32,000 nt of DNA from Candidatus Saccharimonadota bacterium (GCA_023898425.1 CP060222.1:240001-272000); one strand, 5' to 3'; counted from the first letter of the stretch, positions 1 to 10,431 are shown. Program-made: numbers and translations. The notes: generated by a model from the sequence alone, not told the origin.

Positions 1-1224
1 GCTTTGTATTACGGTAACCCTTCTCGAGAGATGGTTGTTATAGGTGTTACTGGTACAAATGGTAAGACAACAACAACGTATCTTATTGCAAAGGCACTTG
101 AGGGCGCGGGTGTGACGGCAGGCTGCACGACAACAGCTCTCATGAAGATTGGTAAAATCGAAAAACAAAATACCATGAAGATGACGATGCCAGGCCGATT
201 TGCTTTGCAAAAGTTATTACGTCAAATGAAGGACGCGGGCTGTACACATGTGATTATCGAAACATCATCTCAGGGGCTTATTCAGTATCGTCACGAGGGC
301 ATTGCTTATGATATTGGTGTTTTTACCAATCTTACGCCAGAGCATATTGAGGCACATGGTGGCTTTGAGAATTATAAAAAAGCCAAAAAGCTTTTGTTCA
401 CGCACTTGGCAAAACAACCAACAAAACTGATTCATGGTAAGGCGGTAGAAAAAGCGATCATTTTAAACGCTGATGATGAACACGCTTCTTACTATCAGGT
501 AGAGGGGATAAAAACACTTTGGTATAGCCTTGAGCGCAAAAGTGATTTATGTCCTGATACATTTACCCTGCAAGAACGGGGAGTGCATGCGGTGATTAAT
601 GGTCATGACTTACAATTAAAATTACCGGGAGCCTATAATCTTGCAAATGCCTTGGCCGCTCTTCTTGTTGGTAAAGAATGTGGTTTTGCTTTGTCTGATC
701 TTATAAAAGGCCTTGAATCTGTTGAAGTCATCCCTGGTCGTTATCAGCGTATCGAAGAGGGTCAGTCTTATGAGGTGATTATTGATTATGCGCCAGAGCC
801 AGAATCGTTTAAGCGATTTTACGAAGCTTTTGAAGCTTCAAAGCATGGGACGATTATTCATGTTTTGGGTTCATGTGGCGGTGGCCGTGATATTGCACGC
901 CGTCCTATTTTGGGGCAGCTCGCTGCAAAGCACGCGGATATTGTCGTTGTAACAAACGAAGATCCTTATGATGATAATCCCGCCGAGATTATTGATCAGG
1001 TGGCAGACGGTGCAAGATCCGCAGGTAAACAAGAAGGAAAAGACCTCTTTCTTTTGCAAGATCGTCGTGAAGCGATTCGGTTTGCGATGAAACAGGCAAA
1101 ACCGGGTGATGCGGTTATTCTTACAGGTAAAGGTAATGAGGCATGGATTTGCGGCGCTCATGGCAGTAAGCAACCATGGAGCGAAGAAGCAGAAGCTCGC
1201 GAAGCTATTCATCTCGCGGTATGA
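1..1224 (+). CDS. murE: UDP-N-acetylmuramoyl-tripeptide synthetase MurE, 5'-truncated by the window edge
   Basis: The open frame runs from base 1. It has the Mur ligase P-loop 'VTGTNGKTTT', a 'TMPGRFALQKLL' segment, 'NLTPEHIEAHGGFENYKKAK', and the C-terminal domain 'VVTNEDPYDDNPAEI...ILTGKGNE'. Confidence 0.85.
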   Translation, partial: ALYYGNPSREMVVIGVTGTNGKTTTTYLIAKALEGAGVTAGCTTTALMKIGKIEKQNTMKMTMPGRFALQKLLRQMKDAGCTHVIIETSSQGLIQYRHEGIAYDIGVFTNLTPEHIEAHGGFENYKKAKKLLFTHLAKQPTKLIHGKAVEKAIILNADDEHASYYQVEGIKTLWYSLERKSDLCPDTFTLQERGVHAVINGHDLQLKLPGAYNLANALAALLVGKECGFALSDLIKGLESVEVIPGRYQRIEEGQSYEVIIDYAPEPESFKRFYEAFEASKHGTIIHVLGSCGGGRDIARRPILGQLAAKHADIVVVTNEDPYDDNPAEIIDQVADGARSAGKQEGKDLFLLQDRREAIRFAMKQAKPGDAVILTGKGNEAWICGAHGSKQPWSEEAEAREAIHLAV

Positions 1225-1231
1225 TGTCATT

Positions 1232-1720
1232 ATGAAAGATTTGAGATTTCTTTGTCGGTTAAAAGAAGATGAGATTGTACAAAAGATTGTGCGTCTTCAT
1301 GCTTCTGAGCTTTGGCTCAAAGTATTGCCTTGGGGGATTGTACTTTGCATTGTTTCTTTTTTTCTTTTCTTTCTCTTGCGTGGTGGTTGGATCGGTATCC
1401 TCTTGGCGGTTGTCCTTGTGCTCGCGAGCCTCTATGGGATTTTTCAAGGCTTTGCCTGTTGGGATGGTACGGCGCTTGTATTAACGAATAAGCGATTATT
1501 GTTATTGCGTCGCAAACGACTCTGGTCTCGTACGGTAGAAGAAATGCCACTTTCTGAGACGCGCCATGTAGAAGCGCGTAAACGAGGTTCTTGGAGACGG
1601 ATTTTTGCTTTATCCTCGATAACGGTAAAAGGTGGTCAAAATCAGCAGTTTTCGCTCAGAAGCGTCACAGCCGCAGATCAATTTGTTGAATCGTTGAAAG
1701 AGACGCGAAAAATGCTATAA
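1232..1720 (+). CDS. Membrane protein with a bacterial PH (bPH_2/YdbT-like) domain; hypothetical
   Basis: An ATG at 1232 lies 8 nt after the murE stop. The track's 1106 start lies inside murE. There are two TM helices followed by 'LVLTNKRLLLLRRK...' typical of bPH domains. Confidence 0.6.
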   Translation: MKDLRFLCRLKEDEIVQKIVRLHASELWLKVLPWGIVLCIVSFFLFFLLRGGWIGILLAVVLVLASLYGIFQGFACWDGTALVLTNKRLLLLRRKRLWSRTVEEMPLSETRHVEARKRGSWRRIFALSSITVKGGQNQQFSLRSVTAADQFVESLKETRKML

Positions 1721-1727
1721 TCCGCCC

Positions 1728-2141
1728 ATGGAGTCAAAGAATCTCAAGTCACAAGCAAAGAACACAAAGCGCTGGTCTTTATTTGTGATTGTGAGTCTCT
1801 TTTTGTTTTTTTTGGTGAGTGTCTCATCGGTCCGTCAAACGTATAGCGAATGGAAATTTGATCAGGAGCTAAAACGTATGCAAAATGAAATTGAGCAACT
1901 CGAAGGTCGTAAGCTTGAGCTGGCAGAATTACTCAATCGCTTGGATTCTCCTGATGCGCTTGATAAAGAAGCTCGTACCAGACTTGGCCTAAAAAAACCT
2001 GGGGAGCGTGTCATTATCTTAAGGGGTTTTGACGGAGCAAGCTCTACATGGACGGACCAAGGTGTTATGATGGCGCCGGCGCCATCCTCAACCACTGAGA
2101 CGCGTTCCAACCCAGCATTGTGGTTTGATTATTTCTTCTAA
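1728..2141 (+). CDS. Septum formation initiator family protein (FtsB/DivIC-like)
   Basis: An N-terminal TM helix is followed by a coiled coil 'QNEIEQLEGRKLELAELL' and 'DALDKEARTRLGLKKPGERVI', which is the FtsB/DivIC signature. Confidence 0.7.
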   Translation: MESKNLKSQAKNTKRWSLFVIVSLFLFFLVSVSSVRQTYSEWKFDQELKRMQNEIEQLEGRKLELAELLNRLDSPDALDKEARTRLGLKKPGERVIILRGFDGASSTWTDQGVMMAPAPSSTTETRSNPALWFDYFF

Positions 2142-2146
2142 TTTTT

Positions 2147-2770
2147 ATGATAAAACAACCAACAAAAAAACAGGTGATGATCGTTTCGGGTGTCTTAATC
2201 GGTATCGCTGTGATACTCGGTATCTGTACCGCCTTCCTTTATCAGGTGAGATACGTTCATTCAGAGTCAACAACGGTTGCAAAGGTGGCTGATCTTTTTC
2301 GAATGGATATGGCTGTTGTAGACGGTGAGACCATTCCTTATAGCTCTTATCTTTTGCATGCTAAAGCTGAGCGTACGTTTTTAAATAGCCCAATGGCAAA
2401 ACAAGACGGTAGCACGGGTGAATTTGGCACCGTAGAAGAGCAGCAAGCTTTTGATCGTGCTTTGCGCGTTGCTGCTGTAGATGCTCTCGCAAAAACACAT
2501 AACCTCAATGTCACATCTCAGGATGTAGACGCTGCCTTTACGCAGCTTCTTGCTCAGGCTTCATCAACAGACGCAGGTGAGATTGACGCGTTCTTACGTG
2601 AGCAATTTGGTTGGTCAACCGATGAATTTAAACTTTATGTTTTAAAACCGGCCATTATCGAAGAAACATTAAGAGATACGCTTTCGCAATCTACGGGTAA
2701 TCCAACTGCCTTTGAAGATGCGCTCAATGATGTTTTGGATAACAAAACCAAGCGTTATCTTAAATTTTAA
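2147..2770 (+). CDS. Membrane-anchored SurA-N-terminal-like chaperone-domain protein; hypothetical
   Basis: 207-aa ORF, tightly packed after the FtsB-like gene. It has a single N-terminal TM helix and a helical ectodomain. The product assignment is weak. Confidence 0.5.
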   Translation: MIKQPTKKQVMIVSGVLIGIAVILGICTAFLYQVRYVHSESTTVAKVADLFRMDMAVVDGETIPYSSYLLHAKAERTFLNSPMAKQDGSTGEFGTVEEQQAFDRALRVAAVDALAKTHNLNVTSQDVDAAFTQLLAQASSTDAGEIDAFLREQFGWSTDEFKLYVLKPAIIEETLRDTLSQSTGNPTAFEDALNDVLDNKTKRYLKF

Positions 2771-2775
2771 GTCGC

Positions 2776-2804
2776 TTGCACCGTAAAAAAGATCATGTTA
2801 CAGT
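2776..2804 (+). promoter_or_regulatory. Candidate sigma70-type promoter for the tRNA-Gly/tRNA-Thr cluster
   Basis: TTGCAC (2776-2781), a 17-nt spacer, then TACAGT (2799-2804), about 40 nt upstream of tRNA-Gly. This is a motif match only. Confidence 0.25.
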
Positions 2805-2844
2805 CGCGCCGCTTAGACTTTGTCTAGGTGGCGCGATATCCGAT

Positions 2845-2919
2845 GCGGGTATCGTATAGTGGTTATTATGCGGCCTTCCCAAGGCTGAAAGGCGGGTTCG
2901 ATTCCCGCTACCCGCTCCA
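2845..2919 (+). tRNA. tRNA-Gly (anticodon CCC), CCA encoded
   Basis: Hand-folded cloverleaf. The acceptor is GCGGGTA/TACCCGC. The anticodon stem is CGGCC/GGCTG with loop TTCCCAA. The T-arm is GCGGG-TTCGATT-CCCGC, followed by discriminator T and CCA. Confidence 0.85.
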
Positions 2920-2968
2920 CCCCTCAACAGCGCTTCGCTTGCTCGGGGTGACGACAGAAAGAATACAG

Positions 2969-3044
2969 GCCGAAGTAGCTCAGTTGGTAGAGCAATACTT
3001 TCGTAAAGTAGAGGTCGCGAGTTCAACTCTCGCCTTCGGCTCCA
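2969..3044 (+). tRNA. tRNA-Thr (anticodon CGU), copy 1, CCA encoded
   Basis: The acceptor is GCCGAAG/CTTCGGC and the D-arm is GCTC-AGTTGGTA-GAGC. The anticodon loop is TTCGTAA. The T-arm is GCGAG-TTCAACT-CTCGC, followed by T and CCA. Confidence 0.9.
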
Positions 3045-3047
3045 TAC

Positions 3048-3078
3048 AAAAATCCTCCGTATGATTCGGAGGATTTTT
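3048..3078. terminator. Hairpin terminator (copy 1)
   Basis: AAAAATCCTCCG, loop tatgatt, then CGGAGGATTTTT. A and T runs lie on both sides, so it could act in both directions. Confidence 0.6.
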
Positions 3079-3084
3079 GTTGCT

Positions 3085-3323
3085 TTAGGATGTGGTCATA
3101 ATACAAACCTCATCAAATGTATATCCGCCAGAGGCTGCGTCTGTAGATCGTCTGCGACGTACGGCGATGCTTTGCGCGATACCAATGGATGCGTACGTTG
3201 TGATCATGAAAGAAGCGGCAGCTGATAAGAACGGAAACGGAATACCTGTGATAGGCATCACGCCAAGGTTCATGCCAGCATTAACAGTGATATGTACCAG
3301 AGTAATTGTACCGAGACCTATTA
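3085..3323 (-). pseudogene. Orphan 3' fragment of the FtsW/RodA (SEDS) gene
   Basis: It encodes '...MNLGVMPITGIPFPFLSAAASFMITTYASIGIAQSIAVRRRRSTDAASGGYTFDEV'. This is identical to the C-terminus of the full gene at 3919-5079, except for the last few residues. Homology stops abruptly at 3323/3324. Confidence 0.85.
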
Positions 3324-3767
3324 TGAGGTGATAGATGTATTTAGTTTTATGGATGATAATGATATTGAAAAAACATCAAAGATAAACTCATTAGCTTATT
3401 CGGAAAAGCTTTTCCATATCAATATTTTGGAAACATAGAGAGTATCATTAACAAGGTAGGAACGGTTGTTCATTTAGCGATTAAAACTTATAAAGTTACG
3501 CTCGATGAAAGGCACAAAGTTTTAGATAGTTATATGGATGATGTTGTTAAAAGCGGGGACAGTGTTTTTTGGTTGCATAAGGATGAAATAAAAAATGAAA
3601 AAAAAAGAATTAGAGAGGGAGATAAAAAATCCTTGTAAGGATTTTTGATGATAGAAATGTAGATATCAAAATAGTTGAAAACCAAGGAAATAGGTGGATA
3701 GATGCAAAAACAATAGTTTTTGAAAATAGATGATATTTCCACGAATTTTTGATAAAGTAAGTTATGG
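3324..3767. mobile_element. AT-rich insert between the two repeat copies; probable remnant of an integrated foreign element
   Basis: There is a sharp compositional change relative to the flanks. The + strand holds a broken coding tail. It reads 'MDDNDIEKTSKINSLAYSEKLFHINILET*', then in another frame 'ESIINKVGTVVHLAIKTYKVTLDERHKVLDSYMDDVVKSGDSVFWLHKDEIKNEKKRIREGDKKSL*'. The tail ends in the hairpin AAAAATCCTTgtAAGGATTTTT (~3625-3647). Confidence 0.45.
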
Positions 3768-3806
3768 CAGAGCGCTTCGCTCGAGGTGACGACAGAAAGA
3801 ATACAG

Positions 3807-3882
3807 GCCGAAGTAGCTCAGTTGGTAGAGCAATACTTTCGTAAAGTAGAGGTCGCGAGTTCAACTCTCGCCTTCGGCTCCA
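3807..3882 (+). tRNA. tRNA-Thr (anticodon CGU), copy 2, CCA encoded
   Basis: The 76-nt sequence is identical to copy 1. Confidence 0.9.
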
Positions 3883-3886
3883 TATA

Positions 3887-3917
3887 AAAAATCCTCCGAA
3901 TGATTCGGAGGATTTTT
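3887..3917. terminator. Bidirectional hairpin terminator between tRNA-Thr copy 2 (+) and the SEDS gene (-)
   Basis: AAAATCCTCCGAA, loop tga, then TTCGGAGGATTTT. It lies immediately 3' of both convergent genes. Confidence 0.65.
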
Positions 3918-3918
3918 G

Positions 3919-5079
3919 TTACTTTAGGATAATGGTCATAATACCAACCTCATCAAATGTATATCCGCCAGAGGCTGCGTCTGTAGATCGTCTGCGACGT
4001 ACGGCGATGCTTTGTGCGATACCAATGGATGCATACGTTGTGATCATGAATGAAGCGGCAGCTGATAAGAACGGAAACGGAATACCTGTGATAGGCATCA
4101 CGCCAAGGTTCATGCCAGCATTAACAGTGATATGTACCAGAGTAATTGTACCGAGACCTATTAATAGAAGCGCTGCATATTCGTCTTCGGACTCAAAGGC
4201 GATTTTCATATAACGCACCGATAAAAGGCCTAATGTACCAAAAATCACAGCGACACCCACAAGACCCATTTCCTCGCCAACCACAGCAAAGATAAAGTCC
4301 GTTGATGCAGCAGGAAGAAAGCGTAAACGGGCTTGCGACCCTTCGCCAATACCTTTACCGAACCAACCACCTGATCCAAAGGCAATGCGTGCCTGAATAG
4401 CATTATAGCCAGATCCACGAGGGTCAAGAGATGGATCTAAAAAGGATTCGATACGAGCTTTTTGATAATCCGCTAATTGCGTCCATAATACCGCTGATGA
4501 GGCTAAGAGAACGACAGGTAAAATCACGATGGCGTATCGAGGAAGTCCAGCAAAGAGTGACATGCATCCCCAAATCGCAAAAAGAACCATGGCTGAACCA
4601 AAGTCAGGTTGTAATAAAACGAGACCGGCATAAAAAGCCGTAGCAGCAAAACTTAAGCCAAAATCACGCCAGCTCAAACGAATCTTGCCTCGTCCAGCAA
4701 AAAAGGCGGCAAGATAACAAGCAAGGGTCATCTTTGCGACTTCAACAGGTTGAAAAGAAAGTGAGCCAATACGAAACCAACCTTGCGTACCGTTAACGAT
4801 GCTACCAAAAAGTAATACCAAGATAAGAAGTCCGGCGCCAGCAACAAAAAGCAAGAATCCAAACGATCTCAATTGGCGATAGTCTATAAAGGCAAAGACG
4901 GCAATCAAAAAAAGACCAATGCCTACGGTAGCGAGCTGTTTATAAAACAAAAATAAGTTCGGTGGATCCTGAGAAATCCCGATGCCATAAATCGCAATAA
5001 GACCTACGGCCGTTAATGCAGCCATGCTGGCAAAGAGTAACCAGTCCAGTCGTTCAAGATAATCGAGCAATAAACGCAT
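3919..5079 (-). CDS. SEDS family peptidoglycan glycosyltransferase (FtsW/RodA)
   Basis: 386 aa and polytopic. Motifs include 'FQPVEVAKM', 'LQPDFGSAMV', 'GSGGWFGKGIGEGSQ', 'LPAASTDFIFAVVGEEMG' and 'MNLGVMPITGIPFPFLSAAAS'. Confidence 0.9.
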   Translation of the reverse strand: MRLLLDYLERLDWLLFASMAALTAVGLIAIYGIGISQDPPNLFLFYKQLATVGIGLFLIAVFAFIDYRQLRSFGFLLFVAGAGLLILVLLFGSIVNGTQGWFRIGSLSFQPVEVAKMTLACYLAAFFAGRGKIRLSWRDFGLSFAATAFYAGLVLLQPDFGSAMVLFAIWGCMSLFAGLPRYAIVILPVVLLASSAVLWTQLADYQKARIESFLDPSLDPRGSGYNAIQARIAFGSGGWFGKGIGEGSQARLRFLPAASTDFIFAVVGEEMGLVGVAVIFGTLGLLSVRYMKIAFESEDEYAALLLIGLGTITLVHITVNAGMNLGVMPITGIPFPFLSAAASFMITTYASIGIAQSIAVRRRRSTDAASGGYTFDEVGIMTIILK

Positions 5080-5115
5080 AAAGAGAGAATGCGCTCGCTG
5101 AACACGAGCGTCAAG

Positions 5116-5985
5116 TTATTGGTTTATTGGTCGGATATAGCTATTAGGGTTGAGATAATTGATATTTGTTTGAACGATGGTCTCGGTGATACCAACGGGT
5201 TGATCAAACCACTGAATATCAAAAGGCATAATTTCTCCAGCATTGAGTTTATCTTTGGTGATACGAGTCACTGCTACAGGGGAGCCACCACGTAAAAGCA
5301 CAATAACAAACTCTGGATCATAGTATCCGTAAGCTGATGTATTATTTACGGTAAACGTTGTTCTCCCGATAAGTTGTGTGCCAACCACTTGATCACGCGC
5401 AAAGGCGACGTCTTCGATAAGCGGTTCTCGTGAAGCGACAAAATCCTCGATCGTTGTTGGTACGGTATCTGGAGTGACACGTTTCCACTGGAGGTTTTCG
5501 ATAATAAGCTCAGGGGATTGTCCCGAAAGTGTTATACCAGGCTCAGTAATAAACCGACGGCTTTTTGGTAAAATGAAACCATGACGCGTGTCTGTTCGTT
5601 GATCGCCAATGGCAAAAGCATAATCAAACTCTGCCCACCAAACAGTATTAGCATTTTCGATCTCAACTAATACGTCTTGGCGACCGTCTGTATTTGTAAA
5701 AGTAATGCTATCCGCAGGTTTTAATGGAGTTGGACCTTTGAGAAAAAGCGGTGCGAGGGCATTTTGATTTTGAAGAATACGAAGATGAATACGTGACTCA
5801 ATCGGGTAGGAGATCGCATATGCATCTAGCAGACTCCAAAGCGTAAACGCCCAAAACATAGACCCAATAGCAATAATCGATCCATAGCCGAGTCTTCGTA
5901 GGGTAAGGCGGTGCTTTACCCAAAAAGACGCGATTTCAAGGTCTCGATCTGAAAGGGTGCTCCCGGTTGTATAGTCTGCTGACAT
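5116..5985 (-). CDS. Hypothetical membrane-anchored protein
   Basis: 289-aa ORF co-directional with and upstream of the SEDS gene. It has one TM helix near the N-terminus. I recognise no family. Confidence 0.6.
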   Translation of the reverse strand: MSADYTTGSTLSDRDLEIASFWVKHRLTLRRLGYGSIIAIGSMFWAFTLWSLLDAYAISYPIESRIHLRILQNQNALAPLFLKGPTPLKPADSITFTNTDGRQDVLVEIENANTVWWAEFDYAFAIGDQRTDTRHGFILPKSRRFITEPGITLSGQSPELIIENLQWKRVTPDTVPTTIEDFVASREPLIEDVAFARDQVVGTQLIGRTTFTVNNTSAYGYYDPEFVIVLLRGGSPVAVTRITKDKLNAGEIMPFDIQWFDQPVGITETIVQTNINYLNPNSYIRPINQ

Positions 5986-6056
5986 GATCGTATTATAACA
6001 TATCTTTCGACCATCTAGACCCTTGACGAATCCTGTCGACCTCGCTGTGAATTTAG

Positions 6057-8132
<2,076 letters not shown>

Positions 8133-8145
8133 AGAGATATAAGTA

Positions 8146-8176
8146 AACCCCACCTGTAGTATCAGGTGGGGTTTTA
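8146..8176 (+). terminator. Rho-independent terminator after gyrB
   Basis: AACCCCACCTG, loop tagtat, then CAGGTGGGGTT followed by TTAT. Confidence 0.75.
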
Positions 8177-8213
8177 TATTGTCTTTCTGTCTATTTCGGG
8201 GTATGAATAGGAT

Positions 8214-8567
8214 ATGAGTCTTCATCCTTCGCGCCTTGTTGTAGAATGTCCGTTATGTAAAGCCTCCTATAAAGAGGCGGCCGTTCAATTACTTCAAGAA
8301 AGCCCAGTGGCTAAGCTCTTTCATTGCACCTGCCCTGATTGTGGCCGTTGTATGCTCGCTTTCATTACCGATCATCATGGTTGGGTAAGTACAGTTGGTC
8401 TTGTCACTGACTTAAAAGTCGAGGATGCCTTGAGGCTGCAGGGGTCGGCGCCCGTAGGGGCAGATGAGTGTCTTGAGCTGTATACCGCTATCCATGAGCG
8501 AAGTGGTGATATGTGCCAGGAGCTTTTATCGTCACGAACAATGCCAAGAAGGACAAAAAATAGCTAA
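8214..8567 (+). CDS. Hypothetical zinc-ribbon protein
   Basis: 117 aa with 'CPLC' and 'CTCPDCGRC' cysteine pairs. I recognise no family. Confidence 0.5.
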   Translation: MSLHPSRLVVECPLCKASYKEAAVQLLQESPVAKLFHCTCPDCGRCMLAFITDHHGWVSTVGLVTDLKVEDALRLQGSAPVGADECLELYTAIHERSGDMCQELLSSRTMPRRTKNS

Positions 8568-8651
8568 TATAAGCTAAAATAGACCATATTTACGCTAACT
8601 TGACGGAATCCTCATTTTTGCGTAATCTTTGCTCACTTTTATCGATTTTTT

Positions 8652-9332
8652 ATGAATTACGCCCTCTCCGCCGCCACCCGTACTTCGGTCGGTCGCCGCG
8701 CCAAAGATGAATTGGCCAATAGTCGTGTTCCTGCCGTTATGTACGGCGCTGGTACGACGCCACGTGTCATTTCGGTGCCACGCTCCGAATTTTTGAAGGT
8801 ACTTGCCGCAGCAGGCCAATCCTCACTTGTTGATGTGACGGTAGATGGTGATGCTGGTGTAAAGGCTATTATCAAAGAAGTTCAGGTACACCCACTTACC
8901 ATGAACCCTATTCATGTTGATTTTCTTCAAGTAAACATGAAAGAAAAGATGGTGGTTACCGTGCCTCTTAAACTTATTGGCGAATCCGCTGCAGTGAAAA
9001 TCCACGGTGGTACTCTTGCTCAATCTCTTGATGAGGTCGAGGTACGTTGTCTTCCATCGGATCTTCCTCATGAGCTCGAACTCAGTATTGAGTCACTCGC
9101 AACGTTTGAAGACTCTCTCTCCGTTTCAGATATTAAGCTTCCACAAGGTGTTGAGCTTGTAACAGATGGTGAGATCGCTATCGCTTCTGTTTCACGTCCT
9201 CTTACGGATGAAGAATTAGAGGCTTTGGAAGCCGCTCCCGTTGCTGACATCACGGCTATTAAGTCTGATGCAGATATTAAGAAAGAAGCCGCTGAAGCGA
9301 AAAAGGCTGAAGAAGAGGCAGCGAAAAAATAA
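8652..9332 (+). CDS. rplY: 50S ribosomal protein L25 / general stress protein Ctc (long form)
   Basis: 'R...GRRAKDELANSRVPAVMYGAG...' followed by the Ctc beta-barrel 'VQVHPLTMNPIHVDF'. The second domain contains 'LDEVEVRCLPSDLP', and the tail is acidic and lysine-rich. Confidence 0.9.
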   Translation: MNYALSAATRTSVGRRAKDELANSRVPAVMYGAGTTPRVISVPRSEFLKVLAAAGQSSLVDVTVDGDAGVKAIIKEVQVHPLTMNPIHVDFLQVNMKEKMVVTVPLKLIGESAAVKIHGGTLAQSLDEVEVRCLPSDLPHELELSIESLATFEDSLSVSDIKLPQGVELVTDGEIAIASVSRPLTDEELEALEAAPVADITAIKSDADIKKEAAEAKKAEEEAAKK

Positions 9333-9333
9333 T

Positions 9334-10431
9334 ATGCAAGATTTGATCCGCGGGTTGGAGGCCCGGATCGAACAAGTGAAACGGTTCCGAACACCTATCG
9401 TGGTCGGAGCTGTTTTGTTTCTTGTTGCGTCGATCACCCTGCTTTACTTTATTTTAAACGATCAATTTAGACAGACTCCGGATGCGCAATTACCGACAGA
9501 TGAAATAGTTGCCACGTCAACGCAAGCCTATGTACCTCGTTATTTAGATGGTGTACTTGTTCCAAGAGGAGAAGAAGCACTTCGTCCCATTGCGGTGATG
9601 GTAGAAAATCATGTGGATGCAAGACCCTGGTCAGGCCTAGATAAAGCAAATGTTGTTTTTGAGGCACCTGTAGAAGGAGGTATTACGCGTTTTATGGCGG
9701 TCTTTGATTCTTCGTCAACGGTAGATGAGATTGGACCTGTGCGTAGCGCTCGTCCATATTATGTTGATTGGGCTTCGGGTTATAAAGCGGCTTATGCTCA
9801 TGTTGGCGGGAGTCCAGATGCTCTCGATAAAATAAAAACACTTTCTGCAAATACCCTGTATGACATTAACGAAATGGCAAATGGCTGGTCATTTTGGAGA
9901 GATAATCGTCGTTATGCACCACATAATGCGTATACGTCCATAGAAAATCTCTATGCAAATATGTCCAAAAAGGACGCCACAAGTACGCAAGCGGTAAAGT
10001 CTTGGTCCTTTCAAGATGAGGCGACAACCACAGATCGCGGAGATAGTGGGTCCGCCGTATCTATTCCTTATGGTGGTTCTTACAATGTTCTTTGGAAGTA
10101 CGACCAAGAACAAAATCGTTATATTCGACAATCCAGAAATACCGCAGCCACCACGCGCGACGGTCATTGGATTGAAGCAAAAAACATCATCGTGATTTTA
10201 ACAGACGCGAAAACGCTTGATGATGTTGGTCGTCTCGAAGTTCGTACCGTAGGGAGTGGTGATGCAACCATGTACCGTGACGGTAAACAGTATTTGATCC
10301 GCTGGAAGCGTTCACCTGGCGAACCACTTAAATTTGAAGGTCGCGATGGTGCTGACGTTCTATTAAACCGCGGCACGACTTGGGTAGAAGTTACAACCGA
10401 TAGCAGAATCTACGCCGGACTCGGAGTTTAG
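9334..10431 (+). CDS. DUF3048 (YerB-like) domain protein, membrane-anchored
   Basis: An ATG at 9334 lies 1 nt after the rplY stop. The track's 9241 start overlaps rplY. The sequence 'PIAVMVENHVDARPWSGLDKANVVFEAPVEGGITRFMAVF...GPVRSARPYY' is typical of DUF3048. Confidence 0.8.
   Translation: MQDLIRGLEARIEQVKRFRTPIVVGAVLFLVASITLLYFILNDQFRQTPDAQLPTDEIVATSTQAYVPRYLDGVLVPRGEEALRPIAVMVENHVDARPWSGLDKANVVFEAPVEGGITRFMAVFDSSSTVDEIGPVRSARPYYVDWASGYKAAYAHVGGSPDALDKIKTLSANTLYDINEMANGWSFWRDNRRYAPHNAYTSIENLYANMSKKDATSTQAVKSWSFQDEATTTDRGDSGSAVSIPYGGSYNVLWKYDQEQNRYIRQSRNTAATTRDGHWIEAKNIIVILTDAKTLDDVGRLEVRTVGSGDATMYRDGKQYLIRWKRSPGEPLKFEGRDGADVLLNRGTTWVEVTTDSRIYAGLGV

Larger units (their letters stand above)
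2928..3323. repeat. Direct repeat copy A (~396 bp): tRNA-Thr, terminator and the 3' end of the SEDS gene
   Basis: This aligns base-by-base with 3768-4163 at an offset of 838-840. There are a few indels and roughly ten substitutions by eye. Confidence 0.95.
3768..4163. repeat. Direct repeat copy B (~396 bp), continuous with the intact SEDS gene
   Basis: See copy A. Identity ends at 4163, after 'ccgagacctatta'. Confidence 0.95.

Noticed and set aside
1106-1231. Upstream extensions offered by the ORF track: 1106 for the PH-domain gene, 9241 for DUF3048, 11408 for prmC, 20105 (GTG) for ftsE, 31156 (TTG) for padR and 13939 for the DUF2233 gene
   Set aside because: Each extension overlaps the preceding or divergent gene, or adds non-homologous residues. 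The internal ATGs (1232, 9334, 11303, 20156, 31186, 13891) give canonical N-termini and tight gene packing.
2793-3864. ORFs 2793-3026(-), 2828-3064(+) and 3610-3864(-) with the repeated peptide 'MNSRPLLYESIALPTELLRPVFFLSSPRA'
   Set aside because: They run straight across the tRNA-Gly and tRNA-Thr genes. The shared peptide is only the translation of the duplicated tRNA-Thr antisense strand.
3092-4213. ORFs 3092-3331(+) and 3932-4213(+) with near-identical peptides
   Set aside because: They are antisense to the SEDS gene and its duplicated fragment. The similarity is a by-product of the 396-bp DNA repeat.
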